Positions 39,346-49,714 of a stretch of 64,000 bases of DNA are shown piece after piece; positions within the stretch are counted from its first letter, which is position 1; the number at the start of each line of letters is the position of its first letter. A program made the translations under genes and the position numbers. The DNA lies in NCBI GenBank assembly GCA_043228905.1, contig JBHGNT010000001.1, positions 868,001-932,000 of the forward strand. Direction: 5' to 3'. Below the pieces are notes generated by a model. The model did no database searches, was not told the DNA's origin, and saw only the letters and a list, made by a program, of their open reading frames with translations. The stretch is from Azolla caroliniana (Eukaryota > Plantae > Polypodiophyta).

Positions 39346-41520
39346 ATGGCAAGTATGAGTACAATGGATCCGGTAATGTTGTTTATTGAAAAGTTGAATC
39401 AAGATCGATTATTTCATGCCTTACGAGAAGTCCGAGAGAAGATTGGTATGTTTGATGGCACAAATATTTCGAAGTATGTGAATATATATTATGATGAAAT
39501 GGAAATGTTTGGTATAAATGATGTCAATATGATAGCAAACTTTTATAAATTAGTGGACATGGAATTAAGAGATAGAATTCATGAAATACAAGCATTGCAT
39601 AGTTTGGATTGGAATGCATTCAAAGAAGCACTTGTGTCTGAATATGCTCGTGAGGATTTCTCTCGAGTTACTATGCGTTCATTTCATGAATGGATCTTAA
39701 AAGAAGATAAAGGGTTATCTGTGGCTGACACAAAAAAAGAGTTTGATAGGATGTATGGACACTTAAAGCCAGAAGAAAGAAATTCTTTGTCTTGGCAAAA
39801 GGTTGCTTTATTTTTGCAGGCAGTTGACAAGAGATATAGAAAAGAATTGGAATTTATGCTTGAAGTGCCAAATACCGAGGATGGTATAACGACAGATTGG
39901 AATGAGGTAACAAATGCTTGTAATAAATTTATGAAAAGAATGCAAAGGAATGGTGTAATGCTACAAATACCACATGTGGGAAACACAAATCGGCTTGAGC
40001 AAAACATTGAAGTTCAAAGACTTGGTCGAGAACCATCACACGAAATGGTCCATCAACCACGAGAAATGACGGGAACTAAGAGTGAGTTTTTGCTTGATGA
40101 TTTAGTTCAAAGTATGAAAGATCTAACAATTAAAGTGGCAAAGCTTGAGAATGGTCAGACTTCGAGGTCAAGGGAACCATTTCGACCTCGATGCATGTGG
40201 TGTGATAGTCTCGAACATCGTCTACGTGATTGTGAAGAATATAAAGACATGGAGAATCGGGACTTGGTCTATTGGAAAAATGGTAACATTTACTTAACTG
40301 AAACTAGATCTCCGCTTACAAAGAACTTTGGTGATGGTGGTGTTAAGGTTAAATTTGAAGAAGCTGAAGCAAAGAAGGCTTCCGCAATGTATTACTCGGC
40401 AACGGCAGGAATGCGCCTCGATGACATGCCATCCCGATCATCATTCTGGGAGAAGGTTGTAAGTACCGCACAAAAGCAAAAGATGAAGATGGAAGACCTT
40501 CGTGTTGCCGGAGATTCTGTAAGGAAAAACACTGGATGGGATGTTCCAGTAGATGCTATGACGGTCTATGCTCAGATGGCAGAACACCAAGAGCATGAGG
40601 TGATAGTGGAAGAAAAAAGGAAAAGATCGGATGATGAGATTGGCTCAACCAAAAAGCATGAAACAAGAGAAAGCAAAAGAAAAGAGATGGACGCAAAAGT
40701 TGAAAAAGGTAAATCTGGTCCTTCATTCAAATTAATGTCTGATATTGAAAAGGATACAGATTTAAAGAAAGTTTTAGAAACAAGAATACTAGACAGCCGA
40801 GTAGAATTTACACTAAGAGAAGTATTAGGTATTGCAAAAAAGGAATTTCATGATGAAATAATTGATATTGTGCGAAGAAAGAAGCAAGTAAATGAGCAGG
40901 TTAAAGAGACAAATCCGAAGGTGGCATATGAAGTGGTGAGCAACGAGTCAAACAATATTGTTGTTGACTCTCAACATGCATCAACCTCAATGATAAATTC
41001 AACAGATGTAAGAAGCCATTACTCTCTCAAATGTTGGGCAAGAGCCACTACTGAGCATCATGTGAAGATTGGAAATGTTCCAGACCCCGTGATGGCACTT
41101 ATTGATCATGGTTCTGAAATAAATATAATGAGTGCTGATTTTTACAGGAAAGGTAGATGGCCAATTGATACTCAACATGGTTGGCGAGTAAAAGCTGCCA
41201 CATCAGTCACGGAAGATTTATTTGGTGCATGCCCAAATGTAAAGGTTACTATTGGTGATATAGAGGTAGATCAACATTTCTTTGTGCAGGAAGGATCTAC
41301 CTATCCAATAATCCTAGGGCAACCATACATTACAGCGGTATGAATGGAGACCAAAGTCCTCGACAATGGTTCTGCCTATGCGAAAATCCGTAGCCAAGAT
41401 GGACGACGAACTGTACAATTTATGACAGTTCGCCCAAATCATGAGAGGAACAAGCAAGAGCTTCGTGATCATTTAATACCAAAAGACTGTGATGATTTTG
41501 ATAATCAGGTTTTTGACTAG
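39346..41520 (+). CDS. Element C Gag-protease; in-frame TGA at 41341-41343, natural stop likely TAG 41518-41520
   Basis: CMWCDSLEHRLRDC knuckle; LIDHGSEIN protease motif; IILGQPY. The frame stays open for 58 codons after the TGA (METKVLDNGS..). Confidence 0.88.
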
Positions 41521-44500
41521 GACTGTTGCGAGTGAGGGTTGCAATAGTCCCATTATTAAAAGACCCTCATATAGGGCATTACAACATATGAATAAGTCAT
41601 TTCATGTTTCTGAAAGTGGTGCTATATGTGTGACTAGGATGTATGAATGCAAGAGGAACTTGAAAAAGAATGCTAATCTGTTTCAGCAGGCATTGAAGGA
41701 TAATGGAGTACTTGAAATGGAAGAGCAGATTGAAAGCGTTATGGAAGAAATTTCTTTTGCAAATACTTTAGAAGAGTTAGAAATGTATTTGAAAGAAGAT
41801 GATGAGAATGTTAGAAAGATACATGTAAACTCAATTGATATGTATTATGAGATTGATAGGTATAATTGTAAATATGAAGAAGTAGAAAGTTTATGTAATA
41901 CAAAATACAAAACAATAGATAAAAAGGTCAAACCTGCTGCAGTACCATTACCTATTGGTAGTGAAGAGAAGATGGAGGCAGCAGCAACTGAGCCTATGCT
42001 TCGACCAATAGAGAAGATTGGACATCACTTCACTTCGGAGACAATAAATAACTTGAGAATCGGAAGGGGTGAATTTCTTCTGCAATCAGAGATCGCGACT
42101 TTCAAAGAAATGATCTTTAGGCATGGGAAAGCGTTCGCATTCAAAGCTGAGGAGATTGGTTGTGTAAATCCAAAGGTGGTGACGCCAATGGTAATATTTA
42201 CTATCCCTCATATTCCTTGGAATTTTAAACCTATTGCAGTACCGAGAGCTCGATTACCTCAACTGTTGGAGCTGCTGAAGGATAAAGTCAAGATGAAGAT
42301 TTTAGAGCCTTCAAATGCACCATACTCCAATAGATGGTTCACAGTTCCAAAGAAAGATGGTTCTCTAAGATTCATCCAAGATCTACAACCAGTCAACAAG
42401 GTCACAATCCGAAATGCGGGAATCGGACCGATCGTTGATGAATTTGCGGAAGCGTTTGCTGGAAGAGCGATTTACTCTATGGGAGACCTATATTCAGGAT
42501 ACGACCAATTTCAACTAGCAATTGATAGTCGCAATATCACAACAATGAAAACACCAATTGGGTTGGTTCAAATGTGCACTCTACCTCAAGGTGCGACAAA
42601 TTCAGTTGCTCATATGATGAATGCAATGAACAAGGTTCTACATGAGTACATCCCAAAGGTAACTATGCCATTTTTAGATGATATTCCTATTAAGGGATGC
42701 TTAGAAAGAGAGAAAGATGAGACTATGGTTGGAAATGGTTGCAGAAAGTTTGTGATGGATCACATTAATGACTGTGAAAGTATTTTAAATAAGCTTGAGC
42801 AGGTACATTTGACACTATCAGGAACAAAGTCTTGCTTTGGGCAAAACGAAGTTCTAATAGTTGGTCATATGTGTGGGTGGTATGGGAGGAAGCCTTCACC
42901 GATCAAAATTAATGCAATACAAAATATGAAGGAAGTTTGCGACTCGGTAACAGAGGTGAGAAGATTTTTGGGTGCATGTGTGTTTTATCATATTTGGTTA
43001 CCACACTTTGCACATGTCTCAGATCCTCTCTACCAACTTTTAAGAAAAGGAAAGAAGTTTATTTGGACTGATGAACATACACAAGTTGTTCAACAGCTGA
43101 AAGAAGCATTACTGAAAGCACCAGTTCTTCGCCAACCAGACTACAAAGGTGAAAGACCAATTATAGTAACAGTTGATACTAGCCCAATCGGGATCGGTTG
43201 GGTTATCAACCAAGAAGATGAAGACCAACATCGATATGCTATTAGATTTGGAGCAAAGATATTAAATGAAAGACAAAGAAACTATGCACAAGTTAAACGA
43301 GAATTGTGGGGTTTGCTTACTGCATTAAAAACAGATAGAGATTACTTGATCGGAGCAGATGTAGTGGTTGAAACAGATTGTTTGCCACTCATTGGAATGA
43401 TAGCAAGTTGCACGACACCAGATATTGCAATGCTTCGGTGGATTGCATACATCAGAACCATGAACCCAGAATTGCGGCATATAAAGGGAAAAGACAACCC
43501 AGTTGCAGATATGCTGTCAAGGGCAAGGTTCATAAATGAAAAGGTGATGCAAACTGAATATAAGAACTGGGCAACTACAAGCCATCAATTTGCTCATCAA
43601 GAATCTATTACGCCTCATGATGAGTTTAATGTAAGTATAATGTTCAAAGACACAGAGTATGAAGGTCAATGGTTCGAAATAGGAAATTTTCTAAAGACTC
43701 AAGAAGCCAACCCATCATGGTCGAAGAAACAATTAAATGAATTTCGAAGACGAGCATTCAAGTTTTTTTTACATGAAGGGCATTTATGGAGGCGTCCAAA
43801 AAGGCCAACCGAAAATCCTCTTCGAGTCATTTGTAAGGATGACATTAAGAGAAAATTAATTAATGAATTCCATGATAGTTTGTGGGCAGGACATAGAGGC
43901 ATATGGGCGACATTTATGAAGTTGAAAGAAAAGTATTGGTGGCCACATATGTATAAAGATGTAACGAAATTTGTGGAAACCTGTGAGGTTTGCCAGAGGT
44001 ATTCAACTATCCGGTATCGAGATGAGCTAAAACCAACATATTCATCATCAATGCATTATAAATGGATGGTCGATCTAGTGACAATGCCACTTGGGGAAGG
44101 TCAAATGCGATATTTAGTACTAGCAAGAGAAGACCTTACAAACCAAGTAGAAGGAAGACCACTACGACAAAAAACAACTAGAGCTGTATGTAAATTTTTG
44201 TTAGAAGATGTAATATGTCGTTATGGGTGTGTTGGTAAAATAATTGCAGATAGAGGAGAACTCGACTCTGATGAAGCTAGAGAATTCTTCAGCCGAATAG
44301 GGGTCAAATTATCACTTACAACTGCATATAATCCAGAAGCCAATGGAAAGATTGAAAGAGGACATAGCCCAATAGTTAAGGCGATCGTGAAAAGCTGTAA
44401 AGGTAAAATAAGAGATTGGCCACGCATGCTACCTTATGCACTATGGGCGGATCGAACAACTCATAGTTCAGTAACAGGGTACATGCCAGCTGAATTGATA

Positions 44501-44971
44501 CTTGGCCAAAAGCCCATCATGCCGATAGAAGAATCAATTATGTCATGGATATCTATTCCATGGAGAGAAGAGGTGAGCAGAGAAGAATTGCTTGCTTTAC
44601 GAATTCAACAATTAGAGCGTCGACCTGAAGATATAGAAATAGCAGCCCAACGATTGAAGGAGGCTCGACTAAAGAATAAAATCCGTTTTGATAAAAGTCA
44701 TAGAATTCGACCTAAGAAAATAGAAGAAGGAGATTGGGTGCTCGTGTATGATAGCAGTTTAGATAATCAACATAGCACCGTCCGCAAGTTCGCTGAAAGA
44801 TGGTTTGGGCCTTATATAGTAAGAAAAGTATATGATAACTTTACTTATAAGCTTAGTGAATTGGATGGGACACTAATCCTAAACGTGGTAGCTGGAAAGA
44901 GGATAAAAGTATTTAAGAAAAGGTTTGAGCTTGAACCTCCTCCAATAGATCAACATGAAGATGAAAGATAG
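41489..44971 (+). CDS. Element C Pol (RT-RNase H-integrase), open for 1160 codons; presumably reached by frameshift
   Basis: DLYSGYDQ, LPQGATNS, FLDDI, VDTSP, NPVADMLSR, HHCC (H..GH..C..C), IIADRGE, PEANGKIER, WFGPY. Confidence 0.96.
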   Translation: MMILIIRFLTRTVASEGCNSPIIKRPSYRALQHMNKSFHVSESGAICVTRMYECKRNLKKNANLFQQALKDNGVLEMEEQIESVMEEISFANTLEELEMYLKEDDENVRKIHVNSIDMYYEIDRYNCKYEEVESLCNTKYKTIDKKVKPAAVPLPIGSEEKMEAAATEPMLRPIEKIGHHFTSETINNLRIGRGEFLLQSEIATFKEMIFRHGKAFAFKAEEIGCVNPKVVTPMVIFTIPHIPWNFKPIAVPRARLPQLLELLKDKVKMKILEPSNAPYSNRWFTVPKKDGSLRFIQDLQPVNKVTIRNAGIGPIVDEFAEAFAGRAIYSMGDLYSGYDQFQLAIDSRNITTMKTPIGLVQMCTLPQGATNSVAHMMNAMNKVLHEYIPKVTMPFLDDIPIKGCLEREKDETMVGNGCRKFVMDHINDCESILNKLEQVHLTLSGTKSCFGQNEVLIVGHMCGWYGRKPSPIKINAIQNMKEVCDSVTEVRRFLGACVFYHIWLPHFAHVSDPLYQLLRKGKKFIWTDEHTQVVQQLKEALLKAPVLRQPDYKGERPIIVTVDTSPIGIGWVINQEDEDQHRYAIRFGAKILNERQRNYAQVKRELWGLLTALKTDRDYLIGADVVVETDCLPLIGMIASCTTPDIAMLRWIAYIRTMNPELRHIKGKDNPVADMLSRARFINEKVMQTEYKNWATTSHQFAHQESITPHDEFNVSIMFKDTEYEGQWFEIGNFLKTQEANPSWSKKQLNEFRRRAFKFFLHEGHLWRRPKRPTENPLRVICKDDIKRKLINEFHDSLWAGHRGIWATFMKLKEKYWWPHMYKDVTKFVETCEVCQRYSTIRYRDELKPTYSSSMHYKWMVDLVTMPLGEGQMRYLVLAREDLTNQVEGRPLRQKTTRAVCKFLLEDVICRYGCVGKIIADRGELDSDEAREFFSRIGVKLSLTTAYNPEANGKIERGHSPIVKAIVKSCKGKIRDWPRMLPYALWADRTTHSSVTGYMPAELILGQKPIMPIEESIMSWISIPWREEVSREELLALRIQQLERRPEDIEIAAQRLKEARLKNKIRFDKSHRIRPKKIEEGDWVLVYDSSLDNQHSTVRKFAERWFGPYIVRKVYDNFTYKLSELDGTLILNVVAGKRIKVFKKRFELEPPPIDQHEDER

Positions 44972-44999
44972 TGGCACATGCCGGAGGATGTGCAGGTCT

Positions 45000-45011
45000 A
45001 GAGGGGGTGGA
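45000..45011 (+). other. Element C polypurine tract AGAGGGGGTGGA
   Basis: Lies immediately 5' of the 3' LTR. Confidence 0.85.
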
Positions 45012-46113
45012 TGTCGTGAAGTACGAAAGCTTCACATTAAAAGTCTACAATAAGATAAATACGTAACTAAAATAACATTTGATAATGTTTTATATAATAT
45101 TAACAACACATATGATAATATTATATATATGTAAAAAAAAAATATATATATATATATAGATAAATATATTATATTACACGAACAAGAGAGGACTTGAACC
45201 AATAACCCCACCCTATGACTCTCAAACCTTACCATTTACTCTATACTAGTAATATACATAAAATAAAGCATACTTTATATATACTTTATATTACATAAAG
45301 GATTTGCTTCATGATATAAAAATAAAGTTGTATGTTGTATTCAATAGCATTTTGAGACTCGAACCCACAACCTCATACACCAAAGTTGACACACCTACCA
45401 TTAGGATAGGCCCTTTCTCTTTAAGATTATGTTTTCATGTTTATTCTTATTGCATATATTGTTTCATACATAAAAGCTCAAATGAGCGAGATGTTTATCA
45501 TGCATCACATGTAATGCATGAACGCCAAATGGCGATCATGCATCACATGCATTTCATGCACTACATGCATGATTTGTACCCTCCAATGCATCATATGCAT
45601 GGGGGCACCTATTTAAATGGTGAAAGAGAAGATCAAAGGGGAGATATGTATGAGATATCAATCAAATTATGTACTTCATAAGAGATACCATAAAAATAGA
45701 GAAAGAAGGGAAGAAGTTTAACATAAACGTGGAGCTCTAGCTTGGCGGTCGTGGTGGTCAACTCTCAACAAGAGGGAGGCGGTTCGAGCCTTATCTTCAT
45801 CAAAATATTGAAGTGAAGATTGTAGTGGTCTACGATCAAGAAAGAGAAGAGCGATTACCTTGCATCACAAAGTTCGGAGGTTCAACGACGTGCACAATCA
45901 TTTTGTAACTCTTTCATCAAATAATTATAAATCTCTTTTATTGCTTCAAATATCATTCTATATCCTATCTTGTCATATCTTGTTGATCACTATTTATCTA
46001 TCTCTACTCTTTCGTCTCTTCCGTCCATAATCCCAGTGATTCCTTCCTCACTTTCACGATATCTTTTGTCTACGCAACGCTACGCTTCTAGGCGAGCCAC
46101 GCCACGACACCGG

Positions 46114-49014
46114 AATATATTCCCCAAAGATCTCTGTAATTGTTCGTTGAAATGTTGTTGGCGTCGTCTTTTGCCCGAACATCATGACGACTGCCACATA
46201 GACTCCCCAGTCCGTGACAAATGTCGTCTTCTCTTGGTCGTCGGGATGCATGCGTACCTGGTTATACCCACTGAAGCCATCTAAAAAACTGTACATCTCA
46301 TGTCCTGCGACGACGTCTAGTACACTATCTGTGAATGGTAACGGGAATGCGTCCATAATGGTTACGACGTTTAATTTTCGGTAATCCACGCATACCCGTA
46401 TTTTGTCATTTTTCTTTGGAACGACTACTATCGGACTTAACCATGTGGCTTGTTTAACTGGTCGTATGAATCCTGTTTTTAGGAGTTTGTGAATTTCTTC
46501 TTTCACGCGAGTCGCGTAGTTCGGGTTCATGCGGTAGCGGCGCTGCTGGACGGGTTTTGCGTCGGTTGCTAAATTGATCTTATGTTGGTAGAACTTGGGA
46601 TCTAACCCCTTCATGTCTTTGTGAGCCCAAGCGAACACATCTTTATACTTCTTGAGTAGTGCGATCATCGTGTTTCTCTGGTCCGGCCTTAATTCCTTTG
46701 CGATGGAGAGGAAACGGGGTTCTGACTCTGTACCCACGTTTACTTCTTCCAGGGCGGAGGCGGTGACTTGTCGTGAAATTTCCATTTCCCTTTCGAATGC
46801 CACTTGTGCTCTGCTAAGTTCCAATATGGACTCCAGGTTTGGTTCGTAAGCCTCGTCGTGGAGAATAGTGGTCGTGGCATATTCTGTCGCGGTTGCGATG
46901 ACGTCGATTTCGAACAGCGGAATGATCTGAGGGTGCTCATCTAGGTATGCCTCTAATTCTGCATCCTCCACCCCAGCCAACATATTTATATCTTCTACTT
47001 ATAATGGTGTGATACCCTTGGGTTGTGGCGTGCTTCCTTCCGTAGGTACGCGAACCTTAGTGCGTCCATGTCGGAAACTGATACACTTGTGTTGCCAACT
47101 CTGCTTGATATTTGCTGCCCGAAGCCACGGTCTGCCCAGAAGCACTGGCTACGCCCCTAGGGCGGCCAAGGTGAGGACGAATGCCGAGATGTCGAAGCAG
47201 TGTCCGCCCACGATAATGCCTATCTTGCGAATTAGCCCCAATGGTCGTACTGAGTGGGTATTTGCCATTCGGAGCTAGAATGGGCAAGCCTCCCAATCTA
47301 AAATGCCTAACTGCTTGCAAGTATTCACGCTAATTACATTAACGCTTGAGCCGCCATCGCTTACGCATCCAAGAATTTCCTATCCGTGTTATATCAATGT
47401 AATAGTCGGGTTGTGGTGATCCACTACAGGCGGTCCGTCGCTAACGTCTGTCAGGTTTGTAGTGACGCTCACCCCGGGTATGCCCGTCACCCATTCTTCC
47501 ATGGTTTGGCGGAAGCGTGGGACTAGCTGCAACAGCTTCTCCATGGTTAACGTTATCTAGTAGCCTGCTAATGCCTGCCAAATGGGGTCCGGGATCGGTC
47601 CTTCGTCCTCCGCTCGCTCCATCATATTCGCAAACTCCTTCCGCATGTGCTCTGTATTGGTCGCGTTTGCTTTTTCCACCCATGCATGGGCTTGTCATCG
47701 TATCTCATATTGCGCGGCCCAATCAGCCATTTTTGTTTGTCGGCGTGTCATGACTTTCTGCACTTCCGTCATAATCATATTGACGACGGGCCCCTTGCCC
47801 TTGCGTGTTGGGCATTGCGTGCCATAATGTCCAGGTTGCTGACAAACAAAATAATGGATGCTTGATTCGCCCTTCTCGGTTCCTGGTGGTGTTTGTCGAT
47901 CCCCTGGTGCGACTTGCTCCTCACGGTCCGGCCTCGTTTGTCGGAACGCACGCGGTGGTTGTTGTTGGTCCCAACGTGGTTCTTGGTGTCGCTCATCTCC
48001 CGAGCTTTCATCATATCACCGGTGGTCTCGATATTGTCGCAGCTTCCCACGATAACCATTGAAGCTGCCATGCTTGTTTGTCGGCCAGTGATTCTCATAG
48101 CGTCGGCCCCCTTTAGCATAACTCGGAGGTCCACGGTAATCCTCATCCTCTGGTTCTTCTTCCTCGAAATCGTTATGATTCCGGCGATTCCAGTGGTGTC
48201 GGTCGTCACGTGGGTTGCGATCCACATACCGTGGTCGGTCTTCTTGCCTCCTTTGTTTAGTACGGCATGGGGGACGTTGTGTGTCCATGCTGCGTACTGT
48301 GGGAGCGGCTCTATTCAACATATTGTATTCCAATTGGTCGACTGTGTGAGCCTTCGAGTGGCAGATTGGGGAGTGGATTCGCATGTTGCAATCCACTGCG
48401 GAATGCCCCGAGTTCAAGCAAATCGTGCACTGGATTGCTTGACGAAACTATCGTTCCTCGTCCTAGGGTAACGCTTGTCGTAAGGAGGACATAGAAAACC
48501 TTTCCTCCTCCTCGTCCAACTCGAGCTGTAACGCTTGTTCAATGACCATATTTGTTGTTTCCCCTTTCACGCTATTGTTGTTGAGCGTTGTCCGTATGGG
48601 TCGGCGTAATGCTGCTACAAATGTCTCTCGAGCCTCATCCTCCGCGGGGCTCCATTCTAGTTTCCGCCGTAAATTTTGGAAACGTAAGCTGAAGTCTGCG
48701 ATCGTCTCGGTCGGCAGTTGCTTAATCGTGTAGAACTGTCCGAGGATTTCGCGTTGTGGAACCCTCCGATGGAAGAACCGCAAGAAAGCGGACTGCAGCT
48801 GATCGAAGGTCGTGATTGTTGGCAAATCCATCTGTGAATGCCAAAATGTCGCTCGCCCATCCAATGTTAACCCGAACTCCGCCATTTTCGACTGGTGCGC
48901 TACCACCACCGAAAGGCTCTGTGCCATGTGGTTCGCATTCCAGACATTGAGGAACATGCGAATATGGGTTGCGGCGTTGATTTCGTCGTTAAAGCGGGGA
49001 TAGGCAGAGGCCAT
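46114..49014 (-). pseudogene. Element B gag-protease-RT (5' part), disrupted
   Basis: Retrotrans_gag-like ORF 48463-49014; degenerate knuckle FVCQQPGHYGTQCP ~47815-47855; DGGSSVNVI ~47335-47360; RT ORF to 46983 cut by element C. Confidence 0.88.
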
Positions 49015-49250
49015 GCTAGGGGCTACGGCGGGTCGGGAAAGACCACAATGTTTTTGTGGTGAGCGTGCTCCCCGCGTATCGTCGAGGTATTTGGAGAGCG
49101 AAGAATCACCTTTGTAAGCTTTTGTCGTGCGTGTTCCTTTGCCTGGCGTGTCACGGACCTTGTGATTGGCCGGTCTTGTCGTGTTGGTTCTCTAGGGCGT
49201 CTGCGGCTAAACATCCATTCGCCGTTGTTCGTCTGTGAGAAGACACACAT

Positions 49251-49264
49251 CACCGGGCGTGCCA
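49251..49264 (-). other. Element B primer-binding site TGGCACGCCCGGTG (tRNA-Arg-like)
   Basis: Lies 4 nt inside the 5' LTR. It is complementary to the plant tRNA-Arg(UCU) 3' end as recalled (..CACCGGGCGTGCCA). Confidence 0.75.
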
Positions 49265-49268
49265 AAAG

Positions 49269-49709
49269 TGTTACCAATTAGGAACACGGTCTGCGGCCAG
49301 TCCTTCGACCTAGACCTCCAAGTGATTGTGAAACAACGAATGGTGGCGTCTGTGCATAATACGTAGGGGAATGTTCCCCGTAACCTAGCAACATATAAGG
49401 GAGACGGCTACAACCGACTCCTTATCAGTGGTTACACGCTCACGTTCTTACACTCTCAGGTATTCCAGACACACAATAGATTAGTCGTCGCTATACACAG
49501 ATTTTTAGAGAAGATAGAATTCTATTACGATACGCTTCTTTACATTCCAAAATTACACGCTACCTCTATCAGAGGTTTTCTGCCCTTTATATACGCAGGG
49601 TCTTTTTAGTCGTGCACGCTTCCTGCGTGACCTGTTACATGCATTATGATCTTATATTATTTCTTATTCCTACGCTCTTGTCCGTCGGTTACTATTCCGG
49701 CGGACAACA
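49269..49709 (-). repeat. Element B 5' LTR (441 bp)
   Basis: Direct repeat of 27519-27950; followed on the minus strand by the PBS and gag. Confidence 0.95.
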
Positions 49710-49714
49710 CGGAG

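Larger units (their letters stand above)
38182..46109 (+). mobile_element. Element C: very young full-length Ty3/Gypsy LTR retrotransposon, TSD CCGG, inserted in the RT of B
   Basis: LTRs at 38182-39278 and 45012-46109 (TGTCGTG..CACGACA) differ visibly only by one A in a poly-A run. CCGG at 38178-38181 and 46110-46113. PBS, PPT, gag-PR and pol are present. Confidence 0.97.
27519..49709 (-). mobile_element. Element B: Ty3/Gypsy, Tat-like LTR retrotransposon, degenerate, with nested insertions; TSD CGGAG
   Basis: Direct LTRs at 27519-27950 and 49269-49709 (TGTT..AACA); CGGAG at 27514-27518 and 49710-49714. The minus strand carries gag, DGGSSVNV protease, RT (FLDGFSGYNQ, FLDDF), RNase H and integrase in Gypsy order. 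The PBS is tRNA-Arg-like. Confidence 0.93.
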
